From the NCBI GenBank assembly GCA_043759555.1, contig JAYVLH010000004.1, positions 10,196 through 74,195 on the forward strand: a DNA stretch of 64,000 bases. The letters run 5' to 3'. This DNA comes from Sulfuricurvum sp. Lineage in GTDB: Bacteria; Campylobacterota; Campylobacteria; Campylobacterales; Sulfurimonadaceae. Shown in pieces: positions 39,214 to 48,869 of the stretch. The translations under genes and the position numbers were made by a program. Below the pieces are notes generated by a model, which saw only the letters and a list, made by a program, of their open reading frames with translations, did not search any database and was not told the DNA's origin. Each line of letters begins with the position of its first letter. Position 1 is the first letter of the stretch.

Positions 39214-41347
39214 GTTTCTTTTACTCAGTGTCATAGCGGCAAGTGTGGTTTATGGAGGCGATCGCGTAGAGCTTTTGACGGAACAAGTGGATGGAAACGG
39301 CTCCACTGCCAATGCAACAGGTAATCCTATTATAGTTTATCAAGATCAAATTGTGAGTGCCAATAAACTAACATATGATGATAATACGAGTATTGTTGAG
39401 GCATTTGGCAGTGTGAATGCTTTTAAAGCAGGGCAGTATCATGCGATCAGCGAGTATTCAAAACTAAATTTGGATACAGATACCCGGTATTCAAAACCTT
39501 ATTATTCAATTGATACATCAAGTAATACGTGGATGAGCGCTGATGAGGCAACAGGATGTCAAAATAAAATTGATTTAACCAGCGGAATGGTATCTGGGTG
39601 TAATTCAACTGACCCTTTGTGGAAAATTCATTTTACCAGTGCTGATTACGATACCGAAAATATGTGGGTCAATATTTATAATGGATTATTATATATCGAA
39701 GATGTTCCTGTGATGTATCTCCCCTATTTTGGATACTCGACGGACAGAACACGCCGCAGCGGATTATTGATTCCTACCTTTGGTATATCAAGCGCAGAAG
39801 GATTTTATTATCAGCAACCTGTTTACTGGGCTCCAACCAATTGGTTTGATGCAGAATTTCGTCCACAAATTCGAACGTCACGCGGATCTGGAATGTATAC
39901 AGACATGCGTTTTGTGGACAGCCCTACCTCGAAAGGCTCTCTATCTTTGGGTTATTTTAAGGAACAGAGCCAGTATGCGCAAGTCTACAATTTGGCACAC
40001 GATAAGCACTATGGATTTGCCCTCAATTATGAGAATAAAGACGTTTTGAAAAATTGGTTTGGAGCAGATTTGGAGGGAGAGTCGGGATTGTATGCCAAAG
40101 GTTCATGGATGAACGATGTCGATTATCTGAATTTACAAAAAACGGATGAAACTCAAAATATTACTGCTAATCAAATTTTTTCTCGTGTCAATGGCTATTA
40201 CAGCAGTGAAGACAACTATGCAGGTATTTATTTAAAGTATTATCAATATTTAGATCAAACTAATAATTCTCAAACGATTCAGACACTTCCCACACTGCAA
40301 TACCATCGCTACTTGGAAACCTTTTTCGGTGATCATCTTCTTGCCAGTGGTGATGCTACGGCCAGTAATTTTTACAGACCTGATGGGAAGCGTGCTGTTC
40401 AAGCAGATGTTAATATTCCGGTTACCTTGCAAACAAGTCTGTTTGATGATTATTTGGATGTGAGCTATACCGCCAATGCAGCAGCAAGAGCTATTGGTTT
40501 TTATGGCAATACTCTTACAACCTCTGCCACACCTGATAATAATAGTAATTACCCTTCAGGATACTATGCGCAATTGGATCATACCCTTTCACTTGGCTCA
40601 ACATTGATTCGAGCCTATGATAATAATATGACGCATGTAATAGCTCCCAATATCAGTTATACACAAGCAGGAACCCGTCTTTATAATGGATATTATAAGA
40701 GTCATCATGGACAGTGCAGTGTTGCAGATCCTTCATGCCAATTTTATACCCTCAATGAACCCAGTGACGGACTTGCTTTGGGGCTTAATAACTATTTGTT
40801 TGAGAACTCAAAACAGTGGCTAGTGGATCGATTGAGTCAAACGTTTAGTTATAACGATACGGGAAGTTACTATGGAGAGCTTCGAAATGAGTTGGAATAT
40901 GAAATTACTAAGGCAATTTCGTATTATAATCAAACCTCCTATAATCATGACCGCAATCGTGTAACAAAAGAGCAAAATACGCTGCGCTACAATGATAATG
41001 TCGTCAATGGAAGTATCAGTAACTACTATACTGACGATCTAAAAAATAATCACGCAGAGTATGCATCGTATTGGACAGCAGACATGGCATATCAGTATAA
41101 TCGCTATTATAAGATTTTTGGTCGTGTTGCGTATGATTACCAAGTGTCATTGCTTAAGAATGCAGAAGTCGGCTTTTTGTATCGGCAGCGATGTTGGGAT
41201 TTTGGTCTACGATTTGTTCGAAATCTTCGTCCGATTTTGACTACAAATGGGAATGGTTCGCTTGAAGATTCATATATTTTTATTACGTTGATTCTAAAGC
41301 CATTGGGTGGATCAGACTTTAATTATAAACTTACTAACAATAAATGA
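39206..41347 (+). CDS. lptD: LPS assembly protein LptD
   Basis: VPVMYLPY, RRSGLLIP, C-terminal QRCW strand; purD-RDD-lptD synteny. Confidence 0.9.
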   Translation: MRKFLLLSVIAASVVYGGDRVELLTEQVDGNGSTANATGNPIIVYQDQIVSANKLTYDDNTSIVEAFGSVNAFKAGQYHAISEYSKLNLDTDTRYSKPYYSIDTSSNTWMSADEATGCQNKIDLTSGMVSGCNSTDPLWKIHFTSADYDTENMWVNIYNGLLYIEDVPVMYLPYFGYSTDRTRRSGLLIPTFGISSAEGFYYQQPVYWAPTNWFDAEFRPQIRTSRGSGMYTDMRFVDSPTSKGSLSLGYFKEQSQYAQVYNLAHDKHYGFALNYENKDVLKNWFGADLEGESGLYAKGSWMNDVDYLNLQKTDETQNITANQIFSRVNGYYSSEDNYAGIYLKYYQYLDQTNNSQTIQTLPTLQYHRYLETFFGDHLLASGDATASNFYRPDGKRAVQADVNIPVTLQTSLFDDYLDVSYTANAAARAIGFYGNTLTTSATPDNNSNYPSGYYAQLDHTLSLGSTLIRAYDNNMTHVIAPNISYTQAGTRLYNGYYKSHHGQCSVADPSCQFYTLNEPSDGLALGLNNYLFENSKQWLVDRLSQTFSYNDTGSYYGELRNELEYEITKAISYYNQTSYNHDRNRVTKEQNTLRYNDNVVNGSISNYYTDDLKNNHAEYASYWTADMAYQYNRYYKIFGRVAYDYQVSLLKNAEVGFLYRQRCWDFGLRFVRNLRPILTTNGNGSLEDSYIFITLILKPLGGSDFNYKLTNNK

Positions 41348-41354
41348 GGACAGT

Positions 41355-42755
41355 ATGAAACTCGAAGCAAAAATAGGATTATTTGTCGTAGCAGCATTGG
41401 GTGCCCTTTTATTTCTTTCAACGCAAGTAACCTCTATAGGGAAATGGGGACAAAAAGGGTATGAGATTAGCGCATATGTGAATGATGCTTCTGGTGTTGA
41501 AAAATCTACTCACGTTTCTATGAATGGGGTTGTAATCGGTGAAGTCAAAGAGATGAGTATTCAGGGCAAAAAAGTACGCCTGATATTATCTATTAATGAG
41601 GGTGTTGGTATTCCTGATGATTCTTCATTGATTGTGGCACAAGAGTCTCTTCTGGGGGCAAAAGTTTTGAACATCTTGGTGGGAGATTCAGCATCAACTC
41701 TTACAACGGGAGGCGTATTAACGCAATCAAAACAATATGCTTCGTTTGATCAAACCAGTGACTCTGTCAATGCCGCCGCTAAAGAGCTTGAATTATTGAT
41801 GCATGATTTTCGTTCAACACTCGATGACGAGCACCGTAAAGCAATCCAAGATGCCATTATTGCCTTTAGAGATGTTGGGGTAAATCTTAATGGCGTGGTT
41901 GTTGATAATCGTGCTGATTTACACGCAGCAATTGCTAATTTTAAAACGATGAGTGCAGGTTTCTCTCAAACTGCGGACACGGTTAATAAAGATCTCCCTG
42001 CTATTATGGCGCGTATTGATTCTTTGTCAACACGAATGGATAATATCAGCGGCGCTTTAGAACACACGCTTCCTGAAGCAGTGACCAAATTTGTTGGCAT
42101 TGAAGACAATGTCAGTACTATTTTGGTTGAAAATCGTAATGGATTAAAAAATACCATAGACTCAGCAGGTACTTTTTTCAAAAGTGCTGAAAATGCGTTT
42201 GACAAAGTGGATTCGCTTCTTTCTAACTTCACCACAAGTGAATTGCAAGTGGCAATGCATACGGATGCAATGATGCGTGATGGATATGGTAAAATTTATC
42301 TCGGTGCAACATACTTGCCTAATCCAGAGACCTATTATATGTTTGATTTGGTCAGCAGTGATGATTATTCAGCTAATGCAATAGTAGCTCCAGGTCCTCA
42401 TGTTAAGGGGACAAAATATTATTCTTTACAATATGGAAAACGTTTTGACAATACTTTGTTACGTTTCGGTGCTATTGAGTCAACGGGTGGAATCGGTATT
42501 GATTATTTTATGAATCATGACAAGCTAAAATTTTCTGCGGAAGCGTTTGATTGGAATGCCATCAATGATATTCGAGGCAGTAATGTCCATTTAAAAGCGC
42601 AAGCCCGTTATCAATTGCTTAAACATTTGGAGTTTTCTGCGGGATGGGATAATTTCCTTAATCCTCAAGCGCAAAATATCTTTTTTGGATTGGGTCTTCG
42701 TTTTATCGATAATGATATCAAATATTTATCTGGCGCGAGCTCGTTTGCAAAATAA
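41355..42755 (+). CDS. Long MlaD/MCE-family protein with helical region and beta-rich C-terminus
   Basis: EAKIGLFV TM, MCE core GVEKSTHVSMNGVVIGEV...SLLGAK, long helical middle, amphipathic strands. Confidence 0.85.
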   Translation: MKLEAKIGLFVVAALGALLFLSTQVTSIGKWGQKGYEISAYVNDASGVEKSTHVSMNGVVIGEVKEMSIQGKKVRLILSINEGVGIPDDSSLIVAQESLLGAKVLNILVGDSASTLTTGGVLTQSKQYASFDQTSDSVNAAAKELELLMHDFRSTLDDEHRKAIQDAIIAFRDVGVNLNGVVVDNRADLHAAIANFKTMSAGFSQTADTVNKDLPAIMARIDSLSTRMDNISGALEHTLPEAVTKFVGIEDNVSTILVENRNGLKNTIDSAGTFFKSAENAFDKVDSLLSNFTTSELQVAMHTDAMMRDGYGKIYLGATYLPNPETYYMFDLVSSDDYSANAIVAPGPHVKGTKYYSLQYGKRFDNTLLRFGAIESTGGIGIDYFMNHDKLKFSAEAFDWNAINDIRGSNVHLKAQARYQLLKHLEFSAGWDNFLNPQAQNIFFGLGLRFIDNDIKYLSGASSFAK

Positions 42756-42779
42756 AACATTTAATTTTTAAGGGAATAC

Positions 42780-44945
42780 ATGAAATACGATATCACATTA
42801 GCATTAACCAACAAAGAGGAATCCTACGCTCTTAATCAAGTAGCAGCACAAGCAAACGGTGCAGTATGGCTTCGATCAGGTGATACGGTTATTTTGGCCA
42901 CGGTCGTTGTCGATGAGACAGATTTTGTGGATGAAGATTTTCTTCCCTTGACGGTACAGTATCTGGAAAAAAGCTACGCCGCAGGAAAGTTTCCCGGTGG
43001 ATTTATCAAGCGTGAAACCAAGCCGAGTGATTTTGAGGCACTTACGTCTCGCATCGTTGACCGATCATTACGCCCATTGTTTCCAAAAGGGTTTGCGAAT
43101 CCGATTCAAATCTCGATTTTGGTTTTGAGTTGTGATAATGAATCTGATTTACAGGTATTGGCTCTTAATGCAGCTTCTGCTGCACTGTATGTTTCTGATA
43201 TCGATATCTTTACATCGGTTAGTGCGGTACGTATTGGTAAAATTGATGGTGAGATCGTTGTTAATCCAACACTTTCACAATTAAAGCAAAGCACCCTTGA
43301 TTTATATCTTGCAGGCAGCCGTGATGATATGCTGATGATCGAAATGCAAGCCAATGGAAGCGATGAAGTTCATGTTATTGATATGGATTTTGTTGATCCA
43401 CTCGTATCTGTTCCTACGTATTTACAACGTCAAAGCAATGCTATGGCTGAAGATGAGCTTATTGAGGTATTGACTTTGGCCCAAGCTGAACTTAAAACTG
43501 CGAATATTGCGTATGAACATGCCTTTAAATCCCGTGCTAAATTTGCATTTGAATTAAAATACGTGGTAAGTGAAATCGATGCACAAATGTCTGAGTATGT
43601 ACGTTCACATCATACGGATGACTTAAAACACGGCATTGCTGCAATGGCAAAAACAGAGCGTTCAAAAGCACTTCGCACGATTCGCAAAGCGATTATGGAA
43701 GAAAAGCCAGAGTGGAATGAACATGAATTGAAAAAAGCGATTGAGCAAGTTAAGCGCTCGATGGTGCGTTCTCAAATTTTGGATGAAAAAATTCGTGCCG
43801 ATGGACGTGCACTTAACGAAGTGCGTCCTATTTCCATTGAAACAAATGTTTTACCAAGTGCACACGCTTCTGCACTGTTTACCCGCGGACAAACGCAGGC
43901 GTTGGTCGTTTTGACACTGGGCGGTTCAAAAGATGCGCAAATGTATGAGGGTCTTACGGATAGCGGTACACAAAATGATGCGTTTATGGTCCACTACAAC
44001 TTCCCAGGTTTTAGCGTCGGTGAGCCATCACCTATAGGTGCTCCACGTCGTCGCGAATTGGGCCACGGAAATCTTGCCAAACGTGCTTTGGAAGGTGCAA
44101 CGGTAAGTAATGGACAAACCATTCGTCTGGTGTCTGAAATTCTGGAATCCAATGGTTCATCTTCGATGGCAACCGTATGCGGCGGCTATATGGCATTGCG
44201 TGCAGGTGATATTGACGTATGTGAGCCTATTGCCGGAGTTGCAATGGGGATGGTTCAAGAAGGAAATCGTCACGCTATTTTGAGCGATATTATGGGGCTA
44301 GAAGATCACGATGGTGATTTAGATTTCAAAGTAACAGGCTCTAAAAATGGCATCACGGCAATGCAAATGGACATTAAATTGGGGGGAATTGCCTTAGATA
44401 TCCTTCGTGAGGCACTCTACCAAGCTAAAGAAGCACGTATTCATATTATTGATATTATGATAGATGCAGAAAAAACGATTGAGCTCAATGAGGGGACGTT
44501 GCCCAGTACCGATTTATTTCATATTGACCCAAGTTTTATTGCGGATGTGATTGGTCAAGCGGGTAAGACTATTCGTGAAATTATCGAAAAATTTGATGTT
44601 GCTATTGATATCGATAAGAAAAAAGGCTCCGTCAAACTTACAGGTAAAAATCGTGAGGGGATCAAAGGTGCACGTGAGCACATCGAGGGGATCGTAGGCG
44701 GTGCCGCTGCTGTGCCAAAAGTAGAGTACAAAGTAGGTGACGTGGTTAATGGCAAAGTGAAAAAAATCGTTGATTTTGGTGCCTTTATCGAGCTTCCGGG
44801 TGGGATTGACGGTCTTATCCATATCTCAAAGCTTTCTGATGGACACATTAGCCGTGTGAGTGATGTGATAAGCGAGGGAGATGAGTTGATGGTAGAGATC
44901 GTCGAGTTCAAAGGAAATAAAATTGGATTGGCGCGAGCAAAATAA
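42780..44945 (+). CDS. pnp: Polyribonucleotide nucleotidyltransferase
   Basis: DFLPLTVQY, RRELGHG, ESNGSSSMA, KH and S1 domains. Confidence 0.97.
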   Translation: MKYDITLALTNKEESYALNQVAAQANGAVWLRSGDTVILATVVVDETDFVDEDFLPLTVQYLEKSYAAGKFPGGFIKRETKPSDFEALTSRIVDRSLRPLFPKGFANPIQISILVLSCDNESDLQVLALNAASAALYVSDIDIFTSVSAVRIGKIDGEIVVNPTLSQLKQSTLDLYLAGSRDDMLMIEMQANGSDEVHVIDMDFVDPLVSVPTYLQRQSNAMAEDELIEVLTLAQAELKTANIAYEHAFKSRAKFAFELKYVVSEIDAQMSEYVRSHHTDDLKHGIAAMAKTERSKALRTIRKAIMEEKPEWNEHELKKAIEQVKRSMVRSQILDEKIRADGRALNEVRPISIETNVLPSAHASALFTRGQTQALVVLTLGGSKDAQMYEGLTDSGTQNDAFMVHYNFPGFSVGEPSPIGAPRRRELGHGNLAKRALEGATVSNGQTIRLVSEILESNGSSSMATVCGGYMALRAGDIDVCEPIAGVAMGMVQEGNRHAILSDIMGLEDHDGDLDFKVTGSKNGITAMQMDIKLGGIALDILREALYQAKEARIHIIDIMIDAEKTIELNEGTLPSTDLFHIDPSFIADVIGQAGKTIREIIEKFDVAIDIDKKKGSVKLTGKNREGIKGAREHIEGIVGGAAAVPKVEYKVGDVVNGKVKKIVDFGAFIELPGGIDGLIHISKLSDGHISRVSDVISEGDELMVEIVEFKGNKIGLARAK

Positions 44946-44954
44946 TATCTGTTT

Positions 44955-45035
44955 CTACGACATTTATGTCGGTAGCTTTAGGGGGATGCAAGGGACAGCT
45001 GTCCCTGCCATAAAATGGGCTTAGCTCGTTTTATG
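44955..45035. repeat. Three consecutive hairpins after pnp (terminator and/or miniature repeat)
   Basis: ctacgacat/atgtcggtag, agggac/gtccct, cataaaatgggc/gctcgttttatg. Confidence 0.5.
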
Positions 45036-45141
45036 TTTTATTCAGTAAGTTTTTAGCTCACAGATTTTATAATGCCGTCCACGAAGTGATAAGTAGGGAC
45101 ACTATCCGAACAGACTTTGATATTAATTACGGAGATAAACC

Positions 45142-45507
45142 ATGAAAAAAGTTCTTTTTCTTATGATCGCTCTTGTTGCTGCAGCATTCGGTGCAGACGA
45201 AGTAGTAGCAGCTGTTGAAGCTGCACCTGCAGTTGCGCCAGTTGTTGCTGACGTTGCTAACCAAACATTGAAAGCATATTCTATGATCGCTGCTGGTGTT
45301 GGTCTTGGTTTGGCTGCACTTGGTGGAGCTATCGGTATGGGTAGCACTGCTGCTGCAACTATCGCAGGTACTGCACGTAACCCAGGTCTTGGCGGAAAAT
45401 TGATGACAACTATGTTCATCGCTCTTGCTATGATCGAAGCTCAAGTTATCTATACATTGGTAATTGCTCTTATCGCTCTTTACGCTAACCCATATTTGGT
45501 TGCGTAA
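45142..45507 (+). CDS. atpE: F0F1 ATP synthase subunit c with signal-like N-terminal extension
   Basis: GxGxGxxG, ARNP loop, IEAQVIY. Confidence 0.97.
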   Translation: MKKVLFLMIALVAAAFGADEVVAAVEAAPAVAPVVADVANQTLKAYSMIAAGVGLGLAALGGAIGMGSTAAATIAGTARNPGLGGKLMTTMFIALAMIEAQVIYTLVIALIALYANPYLVA

Positions 45508-45519
45508 GTTTTAAATCTC

Positions 45520-45554
45520 TGATCAGCTTCGGCTGATCATTTTCTTCTTTTTTT
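45520..45554 (+). terminator. Intrinsic terminator-like hairpin after atpE
   Basis: tgatcagc-TTCG-gctgatca followed by a T tract. Confidence 0.75.
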
Positions 45555-45558
45555 ATAT

Positions 45559-45642
45559 GCGGACGTGGTGGAATGGTAGACACGCTACCTTGAGGTGGTA
45601 GTGCCAACAGGTGTGGGGGTTCAAATCCCCCCGTCCGCACCA
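45559..45642 (+). tRNA. tRNA-Leu(GAG)
   Basis: Acceptor gcggacg/cgtccgc, anticodon arm ctacc-ttGAGgt-ggtag, long variable arm, T-loop gttcaaa, encoded CCA. Confidence 0.96.
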
Positions 45643-45847
45643 ATCTCTATTCTATTTTACAAACTTTTCCTAAACTTTCCTTTTCCTTTATTCTCGTTTT
45701 GAATCCAAACAAATCAAACTTTTCCTCGATTTTCCTCTTTTTTGACTCAACAAATCTTTTCTCATTACACTAGATTGAAATTAATTATCAATAAAATAAT
45801 AAAAGTGATACCATATAAAGAAATTAAATATAAATTGAGGTAAAGCA

Positions 45848-46228
45848 GTGGAACAAATACTTCAAGATACTGATTTTTTAGTATCGCAAACGGATTCAAA
45901 AGGGAAAATACTTTTTGCGAATGAGGACTTTTGTAAAATCGCAGGGTACATACTCGAAGAGTTGATTGGACAGCCACACAGTATCGTTCGTCATCCCGAT
46001 ATGCCAAAAGCGGCATTCAAAGATTTATGGGACACTGTAAAAACTGGAAGTATATGGAAAGGTTACGTTAAAAATGCGACCAAAAATGGCGGATTTTATT
46101 GGGTTTTTGCAACAGTTTATCCGAATATTGCTTGTGGTGACGGTGATGGCGGCTACATGTCATGTCGTCGTAAAGCTTCCACTTCTGAAATCAAAAAAGC
46201 TGAAATGCTTTATAAAACAATGCGTTAA
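45848..46228 (+). CDS. Stand-alone Aer/CetB-type PAS protein
   Basis: LVSQTDSKGKILFAN...GQPHSIVRHPDMP...W.GYVKN. Confidence 0.9.
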   Translation: MEQILQDTDFLVSQTDSKGKILFANEDFCKIAGYILEELIGQPHSIVRHPDMPKAAFKDLWDTVKTGSIWKGYVKNATKNGGFYWVFATVYPNIACGDGDGGYMSCRRKASTSEIKKAEMLYKTMR

Positions 46229-46246
46229 TCTAAGGATACTAAAAAT

Positions 46247-47356
46247 ATGAAAAACAGTACAAAAGTAATTATTTTATCGATTTTAGGCATTGTAAGTATG
46301 GTATTGGTAATAGCCATTAACTCTGTGTGGGTTAGTGCAGGTGTCATTGTGGCTTTAGTGGGGACAGCAATTGCAATGATCTATTCTTCATCGTCAGATT
46401 TTGAAAAATTATCTCAGCATTTATCCGATTTTGAAGAGTTTTGACAGCTCAAACGTAATCAACTTGAAAGTATACCTGCACAGCCGGACAGCATTGAGTC
46501 AAAACTGAATCACTTAGGTGCAATATATGAAGCAATATTGGAACAAGATACTAAAGTAGCCGGGGAAATGGTACTGCTTGCCGATAAAGTTCGTAGAGGC
46601 CATTACATGTGCCGTATTGCGAGTGATTCTAAAACTCCCCATGTTCATATTCTCCGTGAAACGATGAATGCAATGCTTGACGCAACAGAAAAAAATCTTG
46701 ATCAAGCTATCAGTGTTTTGGAAGCATTAAGTGAAGGAAAATTTTTAACACGTGCAAATATCTCTGTTGAGGGGAAAATGGCTCAAACGTTAGAAAAGAT
46801 TAATGATTTAGCTATGGCACTGCAATCTATGGAACTTCAGAATCTTGAAGGTAAAGAAGTTCTGAATAACAATACTAAACAGCTCAAAAATACTATTGAA
46901 AATCTCCGCTCAAATCAATTTGTTGAGCTTAATGAGATGATTAATACGACAGTGCAGCGTATTTCTAATGTAGCTAATAAAGAACATGAACTTTCAATCA
47001 ACCTGAAATCTTTGGCCGGGAATGCACAGGAAACAAAACAAATTCTTACTACAATTGGTGATATAGCTGATCAAACAAATCTCCTTGCGCTTAATGCAGC
47101 AATCGAAGCGGCACGTGCCGGAGAACACGGACGAGGGTTTGCAGTTGTCGCAGATGAAGTCCGAAAGCTAGCTGAACGCACTCAAAAAAGCTTAGCAGAA
47201 ACGTCAGCAACTATTAATATTTTAATTCAAGCCATTACTGATAACAGTGAATCTCTCAACAAAAATATGGATGAGATGATGGATTTAACAAAATATGTCG
47301 GAAGCGTTGATAATAAAATGGAAGAATTACTCCATACGATGGATCAGCTAAGCTAA
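46247..47356 (+). pseudogene. Methyl-accepting chemotaxis protein interrupted by an in-frame TGA at 46442-46444
   Basis: ORFs 46247-46444 (two TM) and 46538-47356 ([38 protein letters not shown]) share a frame, and the frame stays open between them after the TGA. Confidence 0.8.
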
Positions 47357-47433
47357 ATTTTAATTGTGATAGCAATAAATTTGTGAAAGTTTCACAATAC
47401 TTTCACAAAAAATTGTTTATATACTATTTTAGA

Positions 47434-47874
47434 TTAGCTTACGCGGTTTAATTCTCGTAAAGATGCTTTAAATATTGTTATTAACACTAATGCCAATACT
47501 CCTTCAAACGCAATAAATGAAATGAGCTTTACATATGCAAATACAGGTAATCCAAGAAAAATAAAAAGTGGTGCACTCTGATCAATCACAAAAAGTCCAA
47601 ATAAGCAATGAATAAAATATTGTTTTTTCTTTTCACTGATTGTTGAAATAAACCCTAAAAAATGGAGCATTCCCATCAGGGCCACAGACACAAAAAGAGT
47701 ATGTGGCGCCAATGTTTCAAGCAATCCATGAAATGATTTTTGTCCGTAGTATTCTGTAATACTGTGCGGATTCCAGCCCGCAAGAACCATAAATAGTGTG
47801 CCGCCTAATATTGACTGCAAAACGACTAAAGTAATAAATAAAAGTGCCAAAATACGTAAAGTTTGATGATGCAT
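47434..47874 (-). CDS. Four-TM membrane protein with His residues, unknown function
   Basis: GLLETLAPHTLF...MLHF; TAATG-coupled to the upstream gene. Confidence 0.75.
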   Translation of the reverse strand: MHHQTLRILALLFITLVVLQSILGGTLFMVLAGWNPHSITEYYGQKSFHGLLETLAPHTLFVSVALMGMLHFLGFISTISEKKKQYFIHCLFGLFVIDQSAPLFIFLGLPVFAYVKLISFIAFEGVLALVLITIFKASLRELNRVS

Positions 47875-48353
47875 TAAAATTTCTTACGTAGTAATAAAAT
47901 TAAAATATCCAGTGCATATGCACCCATCAGAAGATGAAATAAAAGGAATCCTCCCCACGACACGGTAACACCTATGCTCCCGATCCATACCGAAATGATG
48001 AGTCCGATTCCATAAAGTAAAAGGGTAGTGACACCCGAAAAAAGGGTTAGAATTTTAAATTCGGTAGATCTTGATGTGCGCATAACGAGCGCTGAGATAA
48101 GTATAAAAATGAGTATAAGGCTAAAGAGGTCAGTGTGCAGCGAAAGCAATAGATCACTCAGCCCAAGCGGCTCAATAAACTCTGTCTCATTTCCCATAAT
48201 CTTAGTAACCCACATATGTGGTGTCACACCAAAATCAATGCCTTTAAATGTCAAATCAAGTGCCAAAGCAATAATAAGTAACATCACCATCCATAATACA
48301 CTTGTATACAATGTACGGTTGTCAATCAATTTTTTCGAAACTATAAATTTCAT
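47874..48353 (-). CDS. Four-TM membrane protein with His residues, unknown function
   Basis: LLSLHTDLF, LLFHLLM; in operon with the FMN-binding protein. Confidence 0.75.
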   Translation of the reverse strand: MKFIVSKKLIDNRTLYTSVLWMVMLLIIALALDLTFKGIDFGVTPHMWVTKIMGNETEFIEPLGLSDLLLSLHTDLFSLILIFILISALVMRTSRSTEFKILTLFSGVTTLLLYGIGLIISVWIGSIGVTVSWGGFLLFHLLMGAYALDILILLLRKKF

Positions 48354-48356
48354 GCT

Positions 48357-48869
48357 TCAGGGCTTTGCAATATCGATCAAGGAAAGTGCTATACGGGCTC
48401 CGTCTGTAATAGCACGCGCTGAGAGAGTAGCACCACTGACCGTAGGTATGTCTTGGTTAAGACGTAATATGTTGTTTTCATTTTTATTGTCAAATCCATC
48501 CAGCCATGTTTTGGTAGGGAGGTACTCGATTGGTTCATTAAAAGCGACGATTTCGATAGATTTTATTTTGCCATCGATTCCAATAAGATAGAGAACAATT
48601 GCTGTCTTCGTACGTACCTTTTTGCTAAGTAATACCCCATATCCCAGTATTTTAGAGTCATTTTTTGCGCTGTAAATACGGTACAGTTTTGTTTCTATAG
48701 GTTGCTGCGAAACTTTTGAAAGCTGCTGCGCCTGTGCTTCTGTCAGGATGATATTGTGTTGTTCAATCGATTTCGCACCAAAAGTGCGCTGCGTCAATGC
48801 AACTGGATCGCCCAAGACCTGGGCGAATACTAAAATAGGCAATACTAAAAGAGAGATAATCGTTTTCAT
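48357..48869 (-). CDS. Periplasmic FMN-binding (flavinylation target) protein
   Basis: Signal peptide; FNEPIEY; DIPTVSGATLS matches the [S/T]GA[S/T] flavinylation motif. Confidence 0.88.
   Translation of the reverse strand: MKTIISLLVLPILVFAQVLGDPVALTQRTFGAKSIEQHNIILTEAQAQQLSKVSQQPIETKLYRIYSAKNDSKILGYGVLLSKKVRTKTAIVLYLIGIDGKIKSIEIVAFNEPIEYLPTKTWLDGFDNKNENNILRLNQDIPTVSGATLSARAITDGARIALSLIDIAKP

Noticed and set aside
45142-45260. Signal-peptide-like extension on AtpE as a novelty
   Set aside because: Typical of Campylobacterota subunit c
46442-46500. In-frame TGA as selenocysteine, given selD about 6 kb away
   Set aside because: No convincing SECIS hairpin follows, the context is a helical MCP linker rather than a redox site, and selD is explained by selU
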